Translations under genes and position numbers: made by a program | The notes under the pieces: generated by a model | What the model was told of the DNA's origin: nothing | What the model saw: the letters and a program-made list of their open reading frames with translations, nothing else | Databases searched by the model: none | DNA from: Curvularia clavata | Taxonomy: Eukaryota | Direction of reading: 5' to 3' | Assembly: GCA_023920165.1 (NCBI GenBank) | Contig: CP089274.1 | Location: 3,100,001-3,164,000, forward strand | DNA length: 64,000 nucleotides | Shown here: positions 49,101 to 63,500 of the stretch, in pieces | How positions within the stretch are numbered: the stretch's first letter is position 1 | Layout: each line of letters starts with the position of its first letter

Positions 49101-50240
49101 GCGGACGAAAGCAGTGCAGTGTGGATAGCCGGAAGGCCGAGTAGGCTGGCAGGTGCTGGCGTACCCAAGCCTGGCAGACTCTCAGGTCAGGCTGTCGGCC
49201 GAGGCCTGCTTTTCCGTACCAACCGTGCCGTGTAGGCGAGCCAAGCCAGTCACCGGTGTGGCTGGCATGCAGCATGTAGTAGTATGTTACAATGTTGCTG
49301 CCTGAGTAATAGGAGAAAGCAGTGGCCGGAGACAAGCAGTAGTCGTGGGGTGGCTAAGTCCGCGAGGCCCAACCTCAAACGGGTATGTAGAATGAAGGGC
49401 GCAAGAGGCCGCCTAAGCGAGACACTGGTTATGGACAGCACTGTGGCAGCCACAGATGAAAGGCAGACCGCCATGGCTGTGGGGGGCCCGTGGCTTAGCC
49501 TTACGACAGCGCATCCTGGAACCACGGACGGGCAGCCAGCCAAGCAGGCCCTCTAGGCGGACAGCGCACCACGACGGCCAGCGGGGTCCTGCGCAGGGGG
49601 AGCGAGAAAGCGAGAGAGCGAAAAAACCAAGGCAGCTCCGTCGAAAAAGAAAGCCTGGCGGGGGTAAGTGATCCATGATGCAATGCATCGTCGAGTGTTA
49701 GTAAACGCCGACGGAGGAAATCAGGGTGCGAGTACGGCGATTAGAGAGCCGCGCAGGGCTCGGGCTCCGCGCATGAGTGGGCGTCGACGGCGTGGGCGTG
49801 GACAACGGGCGAAAGTGTTTACGTCCGACGGAGACAGGCAGGGTAGCGTAAGCCGCGCTAAGACCCCGGTCGCCTGAGTGTGAATCATAGTCGTGCTAGC
49901 TCACCGCTGAGCAATGCTCGGCCAAGAGCGGTGGAAACACGCCAATAATCCCGGCCGCCCGTTGCTCCATCGTGGTCATCCAGAGAAACATAAGAAACAC
50001 GCTTGCCCACGCTCTCCGATTTTCCAACTCCACATACAAACATCTCGTCCCGCCTCGACTAAACCATCCGCTACGACAACTAGCCTTGCACATCGCCAAT
50101 CGTCGACAGCTACCCCAAGCTCGCATCACCTTCCCCCCGATTAGGCTACTGCACTACTGGTTCGTCATACCCCGGCAACCATCCAGTCACCAACCAACTG
50201 ACTCACATTTTTTAGGCATTCATATATACTCTTGCCCGCC

Positions 50241-51005
50241 ATGCCTTCTTCATCGCACCTCCGCATTCAGACCTCGTTTGAGCCTTTTACCGCAGAGACA
50301 ACCCGCTCCCACTTTGTCTCGTCACCACCACCAAAAAAGCAAAAGATGTCTCTCACCCAGACCTACTACATCGCCGCCTCCGCCCGCTCCAAGCTGGGCA
50401 AGGAGGCCTGCAGGGCCGACCACGACCTCCGCCTTCTCGTCGGCCACGCCAACCTTCTCGACAGCCTCATGATCGAACTCCAGGACGCCGAGCGCCAGCA
50501 GGAGCAATGGTTCAACCAGACCATGGCCAAGGCCTCCAAGGCTGAGGAGCCCCGACACATCCAGTGGGCAGACAGCATTGCCGAGGAGCTCGAGGAGGAC
50601 GAGGAGGAGGACGACGTCTCCGACTCCGACTCGGACAACGAAGACGACTTTGATCTCATTCCCATGCCCCGCCGCATCGCACAATCGCCCGTTCAAATCA
50701 GCACCATGGAGGTTGACGACGACTCGGAGGATGAGGATGACTTTTACGACGATATGGAGGACGACTCGGAGCTCGCTCTCACCCGCGTGCCCTCGCAATC
50801 ACAATCACCGCCCGAGCTCACATTCGAGGAAGAGTCGGACGACGAGTCGCCACCCACCTCTCCACCACAGTCGACACTCAACTTTTCAGAGAAGGAGGGC
50901 ATGCTCACAACAACCTTCTACGACGCAAAGTCACAATCAACATACATGGAGGATGACCAGCCGCTGTTCATCGACTCGACCACTCCGCTCATCACAAGTT
51001 ATTAG
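50241..51005 (+). CDS. Ecm13-like acidic protein
   Basis: Intronless ORF with conserved YYIAASARSKL..ADHDLRLLVGHANLLD motif and an acidic tail. Confidence 0.75.
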   Translation: MPSSSHLRIQTSFEPFTAETTRSHFVSSPPPKKQKMSLTQTYYIAASARSKLGKEACRADHDLRLLVGHANLLDSLMIELQDAERQQEQWFNQTMAKASKAEEPRHIQWADSIAEELEEDEEEDDVSDSDSDNEDDFDLIPMPRRIAQSPVQISTMEVDDDSEDEDDFYDDMEDDSELALTRVPSQSQSPPELTFEEESDDESPPTSPPQSTLNFSEKEGMLTTTFYDAKSQSTYMEDDQPLFIDSTTPLITSY

Positions 51006-53634
51006 GCCCGCATCCACTGCGACCTTTTGATTTCTGATCCAGCATTTTTAGCGAGCGAGTCCTTTTACAGCATAGCGTGGTGTTTCTCCTGAGCATGATA
51101 TCCTTTTTCTTGTAGTTTGTTTTTTGTGATTACTTTCCTTTGTTTACATACGCGAACATGGACCGCAGGGCGGTGAAGATGTTGCAAACGATATTGAGCG
51201 AGCTAACTCTACTCTGGCATGGACGGAATATCTTGGTAAATGAAGCGGTTCGAGTTCTCCCGAAAAGCAAATGGTCGAGACTCCCGCGATTAGCTAGAAA
51301 ATCCAAATCTTTGATGATGAATCACGGGTCCTCTTTGCCAGAAAAAGTGATCTGCACAGCGTCCCTCAGGTGACAGCCACCATGCATGCATACTCATCAC
51401 ACCACTGCACGACTACTCAAATTGGCGTCCTCAGCAGGCAGACACATACACAACGGCGCGGGTATAGCCTGGCCCCTCGGTGTGGTCCTCACCGTACTGT
51501 AGGAAATTTGTGTTTGACCGACTTTTGGCCAGTGCATAGACCCTGGCCGAAGTGGATAGGGCGGGCGGCGGGGCGCGCGCACGCCTTGCCTGGCGAGCGG
51601 AGGGGGCTTGTTTGGCCGATGCAAGCCTCGCATCGCTGAAGCCTTTGGGAAAAAAGGGCGCGCGTGCTTTTCCGGTGAGGCAACAATGTCCTGTTGGCTC
51701 CAGGCATACCTAACAAAGCGGACATATTTTGGCATCAACAACAAATCCAAGGACGATTCCGGACCCAGACATACAGAGCATGTGACGCACGACATCTGTC
51801 CTGAACCCATGGCATGTGCAGCACACATACACACATGCGGGCCAGCCGAGTTATTTCGACCGCCTTACTTGCTGTCTCGAAAAACATACGGACGTAATCA
51901 TCCAGCAGGGTACATGCGAACACGGAATGCGGATTGCCCTCGCATGGAGATTCGGAGTCAAGTCGATTCCGAGCGGACTGGAAGGGGCCAGGGGAGGGTC
52001 GGTAGTCTTGATGCTCCGATCGGGCGAAACGCGGGAAAAGAGCACTGGGCACGCCCAGCCAACGGAACTCATGGAACGCGGTGATCCGTAGCCCAAACAC
52101 ATGCCATCATTCATTTGGCGTCTGATCTAGAGAAACCAAGCATCAGCATGGCCGTCGTCTCTACTCTCTCCGCACTTTTGTCAGAAGTTGACAAAGGACC
52201 CATCTCGACCGCCCTCTTTTCACCCTTCTCGCAATTTCTTCCCCACAGCAAATTTATAATGCCGTACCCGCTTCTTCTTGTTTCCATTATGCGACACGGG
52301 TCTCGAAACAACAACGTGGCATAGAGCCATCCATGATCAAACATGCTGCACACTCTGCTCCGCCCAGCACCTATGTACGCGAAACAGGGCTGTGTATGTG
52401 CGCGCGCGTGTGTGTGTTGTACTCTGCAAATTAAAGCAAGTTTCAACGCTTTGTTTCGGCGGTGTACTAGCAGCCAGCGCAAGTCCTCATGCACTGGGAA
52501 AAGACATGGCTACTGCCTCACCTAACTCTGCTGCATGAAATTCGACTAAGTGGCCGAAATTCGCGGCTATCTCGCAAGGCAGGGCTTTGAATGAAGCGAG
52601 GCACATCCACTCCTCTGATTCGATATGATTCTCTTTCAATGCGCTGGCATTGCGCCTTCATCAGCTTTGGTCGGGTTTCGCTTACCAAAAGCCACCCCTA
52701 TAATTCCCCCTCGAAAGCTGATTATTTTGGTACCTGGCATCAATACTGTGAAGGGGGCCTGGCTCGCCCAAATAAGGCAATGCTTCGCACATCGCTTCAG
52801 GCAGCCCCCCGAATCTGACAATCACATCAGCTCCATATTAGCGCCTTTGCCCCAAACGTGCGTGGGCACTGCTCGACCAAACAAAGTGCTATTTTGCTAA
52901 GACTCGCTGCGGTTTCGATAAACGCCACTGCTCATCTTTGTATGTTTTGCCCTGGTCATGCCGAGAAGGGTGCGAGTGCGATGCGCGTCGGCACAACTGC
53001 CTCGCTGCAGGATGCCTAGATAGCGACAAGGTGTACAAGTAGCTTGGACACCTCTTTGTCCGAGATGTCTGCGACAGTCAGACAAGCAGCATGTTAGCGC
53101 GCAGTGTCAGACGTCGCTTGGTGCAGATCATGTGGCCCGCCGTGGGGTTGCGGGCTTTAGGCTTTAGGCTTTAGGCCATCGCGGAGAAAAAAGGCCAAGC
53201 TCGGCGATAACACCTTCTGACACTATCGCATGTACGATAAGCAAATAGATCACCAGACGACACCATACATACACACACACACACTGTCTCTCCAATATGT
53301 CTCAAAGCGCTCCAAGTGTTTCGATAATCAATTCCCTCAAAGAGGTGTCGGTGTCCAGGCTTATTCCCGCTCGCTTCCGGGCGTGTCGTCTAGTCTCCAT
53401 CAGCAACACTGCATCATGACCCGTATGCATCCGCGAGGCAAAGTCATAACTACATCCCAGTGACACACACGACTCTCCTCGCCTCGGTTTCCCGAAGTCA
53501 CACATGCTGTGGGAGAACCATCGTTCCCGCGTCTGGTGATCGACACATGACGTAGTCAATGCGGACATGGCTGTCGATCCGCGCCCTCGGCTAAACTGCT
53601 AGCCATAACGGTGGTTGCGGGTAAGGCTGCTCTC

Positions 53635-53660
53635 TTATCGATTATCGATAATCGTTATCG
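53635..53660. promoter_or_regulatory. Clustered GATA motifs around a 16-bp perfect palindrome
   Basis: TTATCGATTATCGATAATCGTTATCG contains four GATAA/TTATC cores; palindrome CGATTATCGATAATCG at 53639-53654. Confidence 0.4.
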
Positions 53661-56600
53661 TTGCCAGATCTTGGATGGTCACGTGAGGGCAGATTACCGA
53701 AGTGTCAAAAACAGCACAACCCCACGGATATGTCAACAGCCTCCGTCCCTCCTTTTCCGAGTCCCGAGGCCAAAGAGCATTTTTCTCGCTACTCGGCTCA
53801 CCGCAACGTCCTTTTGCGATGCCGATGTCACACCACGTTTTTTTTTCATGCGTAGTCGGATTTTTTTCCACACCTTGACCCTGGTTTAGAGCTTCCCTGA
53901 GCCGACCCGTAGCCGAGGCTGCACGTGTTCGTGTCTTGCACATCTCATGCTTGTCTAGTCAAACTCGCACGAGGCATACAGAGTGGATCTGTACCCCTTC
54001 AGCGCTCTAGCAGCGGGAAGAGAAAAACGGGAGTGCAAGTTTTTTCTCGCGCGCTAGAACAACAGGGCACCTCCCAGCCTAGCCCAACGGGCAAGGGAAA
54101 AAAAAAGAGGGAGAGACGAAGACACACAGACAATAAAAAAACGCACAGAGCCTCTTCCCTTTTTTTTCCTTCGTTGACAGGCTTCTAGAAACCCCTCTTC
54201 TCCTTTTGTTCTTTTCCGCCACAGCCAACAGGAATTTTGGGCAGTTTGGCCTAGTATCCCCGATCTCGTAAATGCTGGTCGGAAAACTTTTCCACCACGA
54301 CTACATACACCTGCCACCCATTCCATTCTGCCCATCCTATGCAAGCTAAATTCCAATAGTGCCATGTTTCCTATGTGTCAAAACAAGCTTTCTTGCGGCT
54401 CCTCGAAATCATGTGAGCAATCTGGCTGCAACGACCCATATCACACCATTTATCGCGCTATGTTAGCGACGAGGTTTGGGACCTGGTGTGTGGGGGTCCA
54501 CTTGGTGTCCCATGAATACATGCTTGGCGGGTCGAATGGTGTCGTGTGGTGTGGGCTTGGGCAGCAAAGGCGGGTGTTTGGGATACGAGTGTTTAGTCTC
54601 GTTGCCTCGTAGCCTCGCTTTGTTTCGGGTGTTGAACGGATAAGTATATGCGTGGCTAGTTGGCGGGAGCGCAGTAGTGTGGCAGGGCTCTTTCGGACGT
54701 GTCTGCCTCCCCTTTTCCCTTTGTGGGTGTGCTGTGTTGTGTTAATGTACGTGTCTAGCCTCCCTCATTTTCGTGGTGGGGATGATGAGAGAAGGTCTTT
54801 TCTCCATTCCGCTAGTGGGGTAGGAGTTGGATTGCTTGAGTGCTGTGCCGTGGCCTCCAGACTCTACAGCAAGTAAATTCTCTTTGCGTTGCTTGCAACT
54901 GAGAATCCAAGGTGTGCATCTGCGGCTTTTGCACATAATGCTAATACTCAGAACGCTGCAGTGCAGTCTTTTGACCTCACATTTTTGGGAGTACTTCTTA
55001 ATGCGTTGTAAAATCAAACGACGGGACCTGTTAAGGTCAACTGGCTTAATTTGAGGAATAATCAAGCGCCAATATTGAGGTCGGATGTCAGCATATACAT
55101 CAATATAACTGACCATTTCTCATGGAACAAGGTCTCAGTGCGCCCAACTATGCTCTTCGACGTATTTGATAATGCTACGTTGGCCATCTAAGCTGCATCT
55201 CGCTGTCTCAATTAACTGTATATTATATACATCCTGCAATATGAAAGAGGTGGCTGTTGGGTCTAACAGTGACAGTGGGGGTCAACCTTAAGACACATGA
55301 GAAAGCATCATCCAACAGCTCTTCACTCTGTTTCTCAAAGATAAAACCTCCACGTCCCTTTGTCCCCCTTTTTAGCCTTATCTTATCTATTCTCTATTCT
55401 CCTCTATCTTACCTACTCTAACCACCCCTCCTCTCAAAAGTTTGGTTCACTTCACTATTACTCTGGGCCCTATATTACTCTCTGTATCTAACTATCTGCT
55501 TCATCTCCTTGGCACAAATACCTAAATTATCTCTTCTCCACTTATTAAACGAATCCGTTTCCCTTCGTGAAGTAAAAGAGTGGGGGACGAGTAACAACAT
55601 GACACTGCGTTATTCGATCCCACTAAGTTTGAAAACCCATGAAATGGAAAAGAGCTATGGGTGTGATCGGAAAGCACGATTATTTACGTGTTCGAGTTCG
55701 AGTAGCAAATATCTGGGAAGAGAGTGGTAAACTTTCTTAGGGTTGAAATTTTTGGAGTCTGAGGGAGAGAGAGTAGGATGCGAAGATCGAACTCACATAC
55801 AAATAGTAGAGCTGATAAAAAATAGAATTCAAGTGATTACATCACTACTATAGCTACTTCCTTATAACAAGGGCCGTAACAAGGACATGTATACTGGAAG
55901 TAGAGTTGCCATAACACAAATCCAGGTATATAGCGATGAAAGTATTCACTTCTACTAAGTCTTATCAATCCCCTGTGAATCCGTCACCTGCGATTTCTCC
56001 CAAGAATAAATTTGCTACCAAACGATGCTGTTAGCATCTAGATACGGCCTTTCTCTAACAATAAAAGCACGATATCCTTCCCTTATGTCACAATGAGACA
56101 TATGAACATAGTTAACGTTGTGCCAACAAAAGCGCACTTGCCGGTCGTGATTCTCAACAATCGTTTCAGTAAGCCAACGGTTGAGCCCCTCGCTCTCACC
56201 ATGAATGAGCCCATTGATCTTTTGGACACGAAGACTAACGGCGCAGACATTCTTTCAATCAGTAACTCGATCCGTATGAATCACTGGACGCTTCGGTCAG
56301 AGATTTGTGCACATATTCTATCGCTTCTCTTAGAACTTGGAACCAAGGTTCTGAAGTATTTCTCTCAAGTAGGTCCGCGAAGGTAGCAGTCGGGGTCTCG
56401 GGATCTACCGTCTCCTAATGCAGTCACTTGCGTTTATAGAAGCAAGACATAGTCACTTGGAATAGGTTCATAGCGGATGTCATTGGGCTATAGTTTATGA
56501 CAGCTTTAGTATGTCGGGCTTGCAAGATATAATTCCGTTCCTGCTAAGAGCCTCTTGTTCTCTTAGGAATTGATAAGTAGAATCTCTGGATTCGCATCGG

Positions 56601-57082
56601 GATTGGGCCGGACAGCATGGCGGTAAAGAGAGAAAGTGACCGGCTTGCTAGTGATAGATCTCAACTTTTGGGCTATTTTCTTTTGCATGTCTTGCGTGAG
56701 CTGGTCTTATTGGTGAGAGAAAACAGCGCTGCGATGCGAGACTAATGACATGATCAGCAATCGGACGATCTAACCATCGACAAGCAGATTCCCGTGTCAT
56801 GTTTCTATGAGCTGACCTGTCACTGCTAAGTCACGAAGTAAATCGCCCGCGCTAGATGCCACGGCAAAGTTGATTGTAGAGGTGGAGTGTCAATTAACGG
56901 ATAATTTGAAGAGACTTGAGCATCTTAGGAGAGATATAAATCCAATGCTTCATCTGCTACTTCAGACTCTCAAGTTGAAATCAAGCGCATTAGAAGTTAT
57001 GTAGTCTTCTATATATAACTGTACCCTACCTCCTAGATTTGATGACTTCCCCGCACGTCTCATGCAACAAACGCCCAGCACT

Positions 57083-59614
57083 TCACTCCACGACAATCTC
57101 GCCCTCAAGCCTCACGTCTCTACTGCTCGCTCCAACCCAAACCGCATACCGCCCCCTCTGCAACTCCCAGTCTTGCGCCTCCACATTCCAAACACTAAAA
57201 TCACGTCGTTGTAGCCCAAACACCACTTCCTTGCTCTCCCCCGGCTTTAGTATACCCACGCGCTCGAATCCCCTCAGCTGCTTCTGCGGTGCATTGAGAA
57301 TCCCAAGATACAGCTGCGGTACCTCGTGGCCCGCTATGTCGCCCGAGTTTGTGATATTGACGGTAACGCGGTATAATTCGTCCCAGAGCTGCGGGTGTCC
57401 TCCCTGCACGATGGGCACGTCGGGAGACGGGAAGCGCGCGAGAGAAACGTTGGATCCAGCCTCGGCCTCGATGGATAAGTTAGAGTACGAAAAAATCGTA
57501 TACGACAGCCCAAATCCAAATTCGTACTGCGGCGTGATATTCTGCTTGTCAAAGTGACGGTAATCAATGTATAAGCCCTCTGTAAAGTTCGACTGGAGGA
57601 AAGCTGGGATAGAAGCGTCGAAAGTCGAGTTCAGCAGGGATCCGTAGTCGGATTCGGAGCGAGCAACGGTGTAAGGGAGGCGGCCGCTGGGGTTTACGTC
57701 GCCGAAGAGCACATCTGTGATGGCGTTGCCGCTTTCCTGGCCGGGGACGCCGGCGAACAGGATGGCGGTGACGTTTGGGTGATCGTTCCAGGCGTCGACG
57801 GTGCGGATGCCGGCGGAGTGGATGACGACGATGGTGTTGGAACAATTCGTGGCTACGTTGTTGACGAGCTGGTCACTGAATTCGTCGGTGAGCGTTGTGC
57901 GATCGAAGCTTTCGGATGCGTAGGCGTTGATGAAGACGAGGCATGCGTCGGCGTTTGCGTAGACGGTGGGATTAACGCCCCAGAAGTCCCAGCGGAGGGT
58001 TCCGCGGTTTGCAATCATGCGGTCTTGCAGTGCCTTGAAGGGGCTAATCACATATGGGGGTGTGCTCGAGCCCGAACCGCCTCCGGTTATCAGGGTGCCG
58101 TTTAAGGTGTTCCAGCCAAAGTTTTCTTCGTAGCCGCCGCCAAAACGACTTGGGTTGTTCCATGGCGAGGCCTTGACCTCGGCGTCATAGCCGTAGATGT
58201 TAAGGAAACGAGGATTGCGCAGGGGTAATGTGTTATTCACATTCTTCACAAGAACCGTACCTGCAGCTCCAATCTCCCTGATCAAAGAGGCGTGGTCTTC
58301 CATTACGTCGACAATCTCGTGCTTCACGTTGTACGGATAGACGCTCGTCTCAAATTCGCCTTCATCCTGATGAAGATAGTAATAGGCTGCAAGGAGTCGA
58401 GTGTTCATATCGTCAAACCTCTCCGTAGTCACTGAACCGTTGTTCACGGCGTCAGTGAGGTTTTTGCCCCAGAACTTCGCCACAGGCATGACTACATCGA
58501 GGCCGGCATTTGCTGATGCAACACCTGCATGTTGCGCATCCCAGTCAGAGACCTAGATGAATGTGAGTACAGCAATGGAAAACATATCGAAATTACATAC
58601 CACGAATCCCTCGAATCCCAGTTTAGTCTTCAACACTCCGTTGATAAGTGCTGAGTTCTGGCAACCATAACTGGATGATGGGCTTGTCAGTAGTTTTCTC
58701 ACGTGTATAGACTATTTCGACTAGGTTGTTACTTACGAGTTGTTGATTCTCTGGTACGAGCACATGACGGACGCCGCGCCTTCACGCAGCGCATCCATAA
58801 ATGGCCAAGCATACAGTTCGTGTAGCGTGCGATCATCAATGTTTGACGAAACCGCTTCGCCTTCGTCTCCAGGCCTACGCCTATATTCTTGCTCTTGTGC
58901 AAGCCAATGCTAACCAACGTCAGCCTCAACGTTTCCCTTGATACCGAAACACGAGTAGGGGCTCCTTACCTTTGGAGTCGCCATCACGCCCGCTTCTTGA
59001 GTACCTCTGGTAAGCAAACCACCTCCAACACCGCTGAGGTACGGATCAGCACCTAGACCTTCCCAATTCCTTCCGCCTCTTGCCACGCGTCCCAATGGCC
59101 CAACAAAAGGACCCAGCGCAACGTGAATACCCTTTCCTCTATACTCGCGTCCTAGAGCCTGGCCATACTTCAACATGAGCTCTTTATCAAAAGTAGCACC
59201 AAGATGAATCCCCGCCGGGAAAGCCGACACGAATTCCTGACCTCGAATACCAGCCGGTGCATCCGCAAAGCAAATCTGAGGAATATTCAGTCGAGGCAAT
59301 GCACCGGTCTGTCCGACGCATGGCCCTGTGACACCATGTGTCAAGTTGGACTGCTCTTCCTGCGTCAATTGCGCTACAATGGCTTTTGCGCGGGCATATG
59401 CTGCTGCCCACGCGGGAGACGTCGAGCCATTTCCCTGAGCTACCCATTATCAATATTTCTCCAGCCAGAAGCGCAGGCTGTAAGACTCACGCGTAGGATA
59501 TACAGGCGGCGAAAGCCCGTACAGAGGGACTTCTGATTGATTGGTGTAACCCTGGGAGACTGAAGGGCTAGGGAATAGGGCAATGCCCAAAGCTAAGGCG
59601 TCAATGTACCTCAT
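57083..59614 (-). CDS. Secreted GH3 beta-glucosidase
   Basis: Exons 59614-59491, 59439-58970, 58909-58737, 58670-58601, 58552-57083. Signal peptide, GGRNWEG, KH, VMCSYQR, nucleophile motif VVSDW, GQESGNA, and a FnIII-like C-terminus. Confidence 0.93.
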
Positions 59615-60575
59615 GCTTTCAACCTGAGCAATATCGACTGATAGAAGCGTGCTAAGCTCGAGAAAAAAAGCGTCCAAGGCATTACTTCAAGGCCCTCTTG
59701 TATAAAAGGCCCTCTTGCATTTTGCATGCAGCTTCCCGTTACTGATGTCATATCCTGTTGAAAAAGCGACATCCATTCGACCTCGTGACGAGAGCCAGCA
59801 CCGGAATATTGCCGGGGCAGGAAGCCGTTCTCCGCATTGGTACCTGGATGGGCATAGTGCACTGTGGAGACAAGCGTGAACGGGGCGGATGTGATTGAAC
59901 GGGTATGCCGGGGGTGGCAGATACCGAAGTTCTCCCGAGACACCTACACACTGCAGCCGATGTCGTTGAGCTGGGCTTGTCGTTTGATACTCGACGGTGG
60001 TGAAGGTTTTGGTAAGCCGAGTCGAAGAGGAACAGTACACTGGGCAAAAGGCATTGAGAGGCGTTCTAAGGAAGGATGTTCGGCACCGCAATTGATGTTC
60101 AGACTCTGGCGATACCCCATCGAAGACGGAAGTTACATCAAGATGCAGCGACAGCACCCATCGCCAAGGATTACCGGGTAGCTTACCTTGTTAACTACGA
60201 GTCAGGAACCCATGGCACGCTGTCGTGTAACCTGCTTTTGTCTACATCCCGTCAATCACGGCAAATAGCACGACTACATTCATAGCATCCGCCCGTTAGC
60301 TCCTCAAAACCCTTGCATACTTAGAAAAAGAAATCAATTCAACTCCGTATCCGATAGCTTCGAGCTCTATAATGTATCGTAGCAATAATGCCTCTCAGTT
60401 GGTTCTTGCCCGAACCACACACCGCAACACCTTCTAAAAGATAGCAATCATCCATAACAAAGTATCTCTTTGCCCGTTTATGCAAAAGACGCAGAAAATG
60501 CATCCAGAACACCACCATGCCGCCTCTTCAGAAGTGATCGAAACCAACCAGGTCCGAGCTTACCTATACTCCTCT

Positions 60576-63500
60576 TTACGCCTTGTCATCATCCATCATT
60601 GGCGGGGGTAGATTAGATGGACTAATGTCCTTGAGTCCAGAATGCCCTCCCATAACGACCTCGTTGGGGGAAATCATCTCCCCCTTCGCGTTTGCAATCG
60701 GTAACAAAGAAGCACCTTCTGACCTCTCTTCTGTTCTACCACGCTCCTCTGTCTCAGTCATGTTGTGCTCCTTGCCCTTGCCATTGCTACGCTCAAAAGC
60801 CTCGGGCACCTTTTCGCTGAGGTCAATTGCGACAAAGGATTTGGGTAGTTTGACACTAAGAACACATTAATGACAGGTCTCATAGCAGAAAGAATGGACA
60901 ACTTACGTGTGAAACTTCGCGCGCAGCGTCTCCAGAACCTCTTTCCAGTCCTGGTGAAGGGTGAGACTGCGACGAGGTGCAAACCCAATCATGTGTCGGG
61001 AGTCAAGTTGCCTATCTATGTCAGTGGTGTTGAAGCATGATGCGTGGAATACTTACACGTCAAGAGGAGCAAAAGCATGGCAGCCTGGCGACAGCGTAAT
61101 GCGGATGCTGTAGTTGAAAGTATGCGGCTGGTCGCCCACGCTAGCGTTTTCTGACTCGTACAGTTCAAAGTTGATCTGAGACAAGTAATCGAGCTCGGGA
61201 ATAGCGTTGCGTTCGATCTTTGTCTTGATGCCGCCCTCCAAGATACAGTTGAGCAGAGTGTAGATGTGTGACTCCTTGGTAAAGTAGAAGAAGCTCTTTG
61301 GCGTGTCGGATGCTTGTAATTCTTCCAAATCCCCCACAATCTCCTTGAGCAGGGGGAGGGACGTGAGCAATCCGATCTCCAACTTCTCCTCACTCTCGAT
61401 GCCGTACTCCTGAGGACCAATGTAGTCGAAAAGAACCTTGCAGAGATGGTACATCTCGCGGAGCTTGACAAGACGCGCGTCCGTCTGAGCCTTTGAAGAA
61501 GCATTTCCAACGCCAGAGTACAACTTGAAGTACGATTCGTGAGCGTAGGATGGCGCTGTGGCCGGCTTGATAGCGACTTCAGACCTTCGCCGGAAGCCCA
61601 TGCGATGAGACAGACTACCTCGCTCTTGAGGTTTCTCAGCATTTTGCTCTTTCGCTTCCGCTTTTAATTGGGCTTCCGATGGAGTTGGACCGACTGGTAT
61701 TGATTTGGCAGAGGAATTATCAGGTGTCGTCTGCTTCGAGCCGTCGGCGACGGATTCCTCATCTACGAAAGTAGCATCTGGCGTAAACACCCACTCGAGA
61801 AAGGCGCGATTGTGGAGAGCGTCAAACTTCATTGTATCGTAAAGCTCCGATATTTTGCTGGGATCAACCTTATCAGCGTCGCCAAATTCCTTGAAGAGCT
61901 TCTCCCAACGTTCCTTGAACAGCTCAGGGCCTTCATTGCAGCACCAGCGAGACTGGATGTGGCTGACGTTGGTGTACTGGGATTGTTCTGATTGCGACCC
62001 AGACATTGGTGATGCCAATGCAGCCAGTGATGACATGGCATTGGTCTCGATTTTCTTGAAGTTGTGGTTCATGACGCGCTGGTGGAACTTGATAAGATCT
62101 ACCACCTGTCGGACAACAAGATATGGCTCTGGCACATCCTTGGGCCAAGCAAATTGTGGCGGAGCTTTGTCGCCAGCACGCAGCAGAGTCTTGAGCTTCT
62201 TCTTGACCTTGTCCATGACATCTTTGGCAGCGTTAGAATCGTCAAGAAGATCTTTGCGAACCTGGATGTGCTCGGCCAGATACTGGTCCCTGTCCAAGAA
62301 AGATGCACCGAAGATCTGCGCACTGGTAGTCACTCGGCGCTCGGAGCTGCTGAAGATGTGAACATCATCGAGCACATCTCTGTTCATCAGTAAAAGATCG
62401 TTGCGGAAGTTTGCACCCATATCTTGGGTCTGGTGCCGAGCAGAATGAGTTGGCTCGCCTCCCCATTTGATAATCAGTTGTAGCTTATCTAGAACCATGT
62501 TGTTGTCTTGGGCGGTGATGCGAGATAGAGTAACCCCAGACATGGAATCGCTGCGGTTCTTGAGCATCTCAGGTTCGCCGTCCTTGTCAGCATTACCTGT
62601 TGCCTCCTGGCCTCCAGCATCTATCGGGTTCGGCTTTTGTGTTTCAGGTGTGTCCTCAGGCAGGGTTTCTCCTGGCTGCAACTCTTCCTTCCTTCTCTTT
62701 CGGAACATTGGCTTTATCTGAACCTTGGTGCCGGGCCACGCCCCCTTCTTGGTCAGATATAGCTGTAGTTCACGCAACTTCTTTGGATCCTCTATGCCTT
62801 CCTCCATGGCGACCTTTACTGCATCACTGACGCTTTGCAAGGCCGCTTCACCAATCAAAAGCACTTCCTCCTGATGCCCTTTTAGCAGGTCAACAAAGGG
62901 TTTGGAGTGAAAAGTGTATTTGAATTTTTGCTTGGGCGTGCGGTCAGCGTGGCGAATGACTGAAACGACGCCCTTTAGTTTCCATTGCGCTGCGGTGGCA
63001 GGAGGCGGCACATCAACATGATCGGTCGACATGGACCTTTCAGGTTCCAGTTCGAGGTCGTCATCCTCGAAAGCAGACGGAAATGCTACCTCAGGGTCAG
63101 AAGCTACGCCTTCAGATACTGTTGTAGGAGTGGCTGTTGTCGGACTGAGCAGTGCGGAATTGGGTTTCTCAAGCCCGGGCGAGGTCGCGACAGGTGTTGT
63201 GCTCAACGACATCTCAGGCGAAGAAGGCATTGTACTAGATTGCCTCATGTGTGGGAGATGGGCATGGATAGGGCCAGGGTGCACCATCTTGGACATACTA
63301 GGGCTCTTGAAGAGCCTCCCCAAAGTCTTGCGATGACCTGATGCATTCTTTGAGCCAACACCAGATGTAACGTCTGCGCTAGCTTGTGCATCGGCAGCGG
63401 CATGTTGGGCAGCGTTCTTGTGTTGCTTGCGTGCAATCTCCTTGAGAAACATGTCCTTGAGGATGGAAGCTGCTCTGTCATAGTAATCGCCGTTATCTTT

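Noticed and set aside
53153..53176. (GCTTTAG)x3 repeat resembling telomeric sequence
   Set aside because: Only three copies and not TTAGGG; a trivial minisatellite.
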